Source of the DNA: Chiloscyllium plagiosum
Lineage: Eukaryota
DNA length: 64,000 nt
NCBI RefSeq assembly: GCF_004010195.1
Contig: NC_057720.1
Span: forward strand, 17,168,603-17,232,602
Direction of reading: 5' to 3'
Under the pieces are notes generated by a model. It worked only from the letters and a program-made list of their open reading frames with translations, had not been told where the DNA came from and ran no database searches. The position numbers were made by a program, and so were the translations under genes. Within the stretch, counting starts at the first letter, position 1, and every line of letters starts with the position of its first letter. Below, piece by piece: positions 60,273 through 64,000 of the stretch.

Positions 60273-60913
60273 TTTAGCTAAAAGCAGATTCTTACAACAC
60301 TCGTCAAGTTGGCTAAGTAATTTTAAATTTATTTGAAGACAACTTGAAGAAACATTACAAGTACTTTATTCAAATAAAGATAACATTGAATCAAACCCAG
60401 AAGTTGCAGAGATAAGAAAGTAAGTGGGAAATAGAGAAAAACATATTAGACTGTCCAGATCATAAACACCTTATAGCTTTAGTCATTTGAATTGTTTTTA
60501 GAAAGTATGTTAAATAGAGAAGCTGGAATCAAACAACAAATCACAACCACTCATTTAAAGGTTTGCAGAGATTGCTTAGAAATTTATAACCAATGCTACC
60601 TGGTCTGAGATTCCAACCAAGTGTCACGAGCTCATCTCCTCCTCTACCTCTTGCCTGACATCAGAAACTCTGCAATAAGCCCAAACATTCTACCCTTTCA
60701 GTGAATCACTGAAAATGATTTTTGAAAACAAATTCTAATATTCTAATGTACACAGAGTAATTAATAAAAAGATGTAAAACACACTTTGTATGATGAGTCA
60801 AATTTAACCATTTCAGTGGTCCTTTGTGCGCTTCCATTCTGTAATTATCTTTTAATGCAAGACCTCACTCTGAAGCCAGGTTTTAATTGGATTTTCTTTT
60901 ATAAACTGACAAT

Positions 60914-61297
60914 AGTTGGGGTTGTTTTCATTGGAGAAAAGAAGGTTTAGGAGTGACTTGATAGAGGTGTACAAGATGATTAGGGGTTTAGATAGGGTTG
61001 ACCGGGAGAACCTTTTTCCACGTATGGAGTCAGCTATTACGAGGGGGCATAGCTTTAAATTAAGGGGTGGTAGGTATAGGACAGATGTTAGGGGTAGCTT
61101 TTTTACTCAGCGAGTCATGAGTTCATGGAATGCCCTGCCAGTAGCAGTGGTGGACTCTCCCTCATTATGGGCATTTAAGCGGGCATTGGATAGGCATATG
61201 GAGGGTAGTGGGCTAGTGTAGGTTAGGTGGGCTTCTATCGGCGCAACATCGAGGGCCAAAGGGCCTGTACTGCGCTGTATTCTTCTATGTTCTATGT
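60914..61297 (+). mobile_element. young 5'-truncated CR1 LINE
   Basis: Uninterrupted ORF2 C-terminus LGLFSLEKRR.R.DLIEVYKMIRGLDRVD...TRGH..KL.G.R...FFTQRV..SWNALP; (ttctatg)n tail. Confidence 0.92.
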
Positions 61298-63699
61298 TAA
61301 AAGCTGGAGAAAGATTTCATCCATGTCTCTGTTTTCTGTATACGGAATGATTTCAGGATCACCTACTATGAAATCTATCCAGCAACAGGAACTAAATGGG
61401 AGAATAGCTTTGTCTTTAAGATTAAAAATATGTTTTCCTTGTCTTCCAAAAAGATTTGGAATAATTTCAAAATTGAATTTTCAATAATTATGATCAGTTG
61501 CTAAAATAAAGTTAAGAACTAATAAATAAACTGTTTTCTATTAAGGATTACTCAAACACCTATGGATTAGCACAATTGTTAATGTATTTTCTTTGAATAA
61601 AGATGGTTTATCAAAAGTAGGTGGTTTTTGAATCAACTTTATTTTGATTGTACATATAGTGAATAAATGTCTATTGGAACCATTGAAATGCGTTTCTTGT
61701 TCATGGAAACTTATATTTGAAGATTGCAAGTCAGCAATCATACTAAAAGTGCACGAAAGATATGTTTTCTGCATTTGCATTCCAGGAACAGACTGAAATC
61801 TCATATTGGGACACTGCAACTCAGCAGCATGTGATTTTCTGTCCAGTAAATTTAAGGACATTCACTGGAAACTGGTAAAAGTCATCTTTAAATATGCAGA
61901 ATGAGTTTTGATATTGTCATTGGGGTATAAATGGTATTTTAAATGTAGAGGCCTGCATGGGGAAAACAGATGTTGCTTTCCTCTCCATTCCAGATTAAAT
62001 AAATTTCACAATTATTGTGCTTTCTTTGATTTATATAAATAACAGTAACTAATTCGGTTTTCACCCTTACTCTAGTATTACCAAAAATCAGATGCTCTCT
62101 GCAAGCACAGTGGGGTTGCACATGGATTAAAAAATGCCACTTACAATAGATAGAAATGGTATTCATTAGGAAAGCTCTGCAAGAGTCTGTACCTTTTGAA
62201 TTTTTTTTTAAACAGAAGTTTTTGGCTCTGCGTTGAGTTAGCAAGTCTATCTGGTGAGAAGAAATATCTTGGATTGCATCTCCAATACATGCTGAAAGAT
62301 TTGATTTCAGCACAGAGTGTGGTGAGACTGATAAAATGGTTGAGAGGAATGAGGAAGCTGCTAACCTATCAATGGTCCCTGCTAGAAGTACCATCTACAA
62401 CTGTATTTGATATGGTGCAAATGCAGCTTGGCTGAGGTACCTTAGGTTTGCATAGTCTGCTAACCTTTATCATCAAGAGAATTCAAGACAGGCAAGAGTA
62501 ATGACTAAAATAAGTATTATGTTGCTGTAAATTTGTTTGAAGTATGATTATAGCATTTACACAAATGTTCAAAGAATCAGAGGCAAAGATTATTCAAGTA
62601 ATTGTTCTTCTCAGACAGCCAGAAATCAGATTAAATTGAAGTAACAACATGGGAGATGCAAGTGCATTAAAAAAGTTTGTTTCTTGTTAAATAGGAACAA
62701 CATCTTATCTGTAAAAGATCATTCGTTCCATGGAAATTTAACACAGTGCTTCCTGTGATGCAATGCAATAGGAAGAAGTGGATATTTGTACAGATAAAAA
62801 AGGGCTTTTATTCCCGTTCTCTTTAATTCAACTGAGTTTCTTTTTTCTTTGGCACTGCAAAAGGAAATATCGCACCCTCTCCTTTTCCTACTTAATGGTC
62901 TATAACTTCCACTTTCTTCCAATCTACCCCAAATGGCATGAATAAGGAGGAGATTGGGGGGATGGGGGGGAAGAGTCTGTGGGTTGCATGCATTGTAATA
63001 TTGCTGGTGGTCATGTTTTAACAATCATATCAGCAGCATTGCCTGTTTTGTTTTGGGGAGTGGGGAGAAAACTTTGAGACATTATTTTACATTCATCTAT
63101 TAGCAGCTTCGCAAGTTGGAGAGCCCCAAATTCTCACATGAGATGCTTCCCACCCTCCTCCCCACCCCTAACCTGTCAAAAACTTTACATGGAGCAGGCA
63201 AATCTAAGGATGATCCATCTGCTCACACTCAAACTGAAGCAATTAGCATTCAAAAATATTGTGCACTTAAGGGTCACTTTCCATATTGATGGGAGAGGAC
63301 TCTTGTGGTGCTGTGGTAATGTCCCCAATTCTGGGTTAGATAGTCCAGGTTCAAGTCCTACCTGCCCCAGAACAGGTTGAGACCGATGGGAAGAAGCCCA
63401 GAATGTTAACCTCCATGGGTGCTGGGCAGGCATCTCCATCAAATACCTCTTCCCACAATGGCGCACTTCCACAACCAAGATTAACCCTATGGGTGCTTTC
63501 CCTGCACCCCAGGTGTCTCCATTAACCATCAAGACTCCTACCTCCACTTCACAAGATGCCCAAATTTAATCCTTTCTTGGACTCGAGGAGTTAAGAATCT
63601 GATGTCACTTTTAGTCTTCAATACTGGCCCCTTCTGCCATTGGTGCTACTGGAAATACAGAGCAGTGGAACTTTCAGCCCTTACACAAATGAAATAATA

Positions 63700-64000
63700 T
63701 AGAGACCTAGGGGTTCAGACACCTATTTCTTTGAAATTTGTGCCACAGGTAGATCGGTTGGTTTAGAAAGTATTTAGCATGCCTGCCTTCATTGCTCATG
63801 CCTTAGAGTATAGGAATTGGGACATCATGTTGAGGTTGTACAGAATGTTGGGGTGGTCTCTTCTGAAGTGCTGTGTGAAGTTCTGGTCACCCTGTTATAG
63901 TCAAAGAATGTGGTGCTGGAAAAGCACAGCTGGTCAGGCGAAATCTGAGGAGCAGGAGAATGCCACCCGAATGCTTTTCCAGCACCACACTCGTCGACTC
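63700..64000 (+). mobile_element. CR1 fragment interrupted at 63901 by a family A Penelope-derived element that runs off the window
   Basis: agagacctaggggttcag...gttctggtcaccctg, then gtggtgctggaaaagcac...gcttttccagcaccacac. Confidence 0.75.

Noticed and set aside
45638..64000. TGFBR3 exon 3 (SGCASRG motif)
   Set aside because: Not seen; ORFs such as 61939-62394 and 61541-61861 show no betaglycan similarity.
1..64000. Prokaryotic systems (CRISPR arrays, operons, defence islands)
   Set aside because: The sequence is vertebrate intronic DNA with spliceosomal exons; there is no regularly spaced repeat-spacer array.

Overview
Eukaryotic, AT-rich, repeat-dense genomic DNA from a cartilaginous fish. 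The HE1/V-SINE, CR1/HER1-type LINE and Deu-domain SINE content points to a shark, and a carpet/bamboo shark is only a guess. The whole window lies inside one minus-strand gene, a TGF-beta type III receptor (betaglycan, TGFBR3 family). Four internal coding exons are recognisable, equivalent to human exons 4-7: 45500-45637, 14325-14508, 12444-12612 and 8938-9085. All have GT-AG boundaries and splice into one 213-codon frame; the other exons lie outside the window. The introns are mostly transposon relics: many CR1 LINE pieces, tRNA-derived SINEs, two Penelope-like (GIY-YIG) fragments, a solo LTR and a decayed GalEa-like Ty1/copia element with a tRNA-iMet primer-binding site. The most striking non-obvious signal is a population of about a dozen short, often fold-back, Penelope-derived insertions. 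They have 11-16 bp target-site duplications (often exactly 14 bp) and carry minimal hammerhead-ribozyme cores (CUGANGA...GAAA). One of these cores is in the sense orientation of the pre-mRNA just upstream of exon 5. Almost all entries in the ORF track are repeat-derived or chance ORFs. All homology calls are from motif recall, not database searches.
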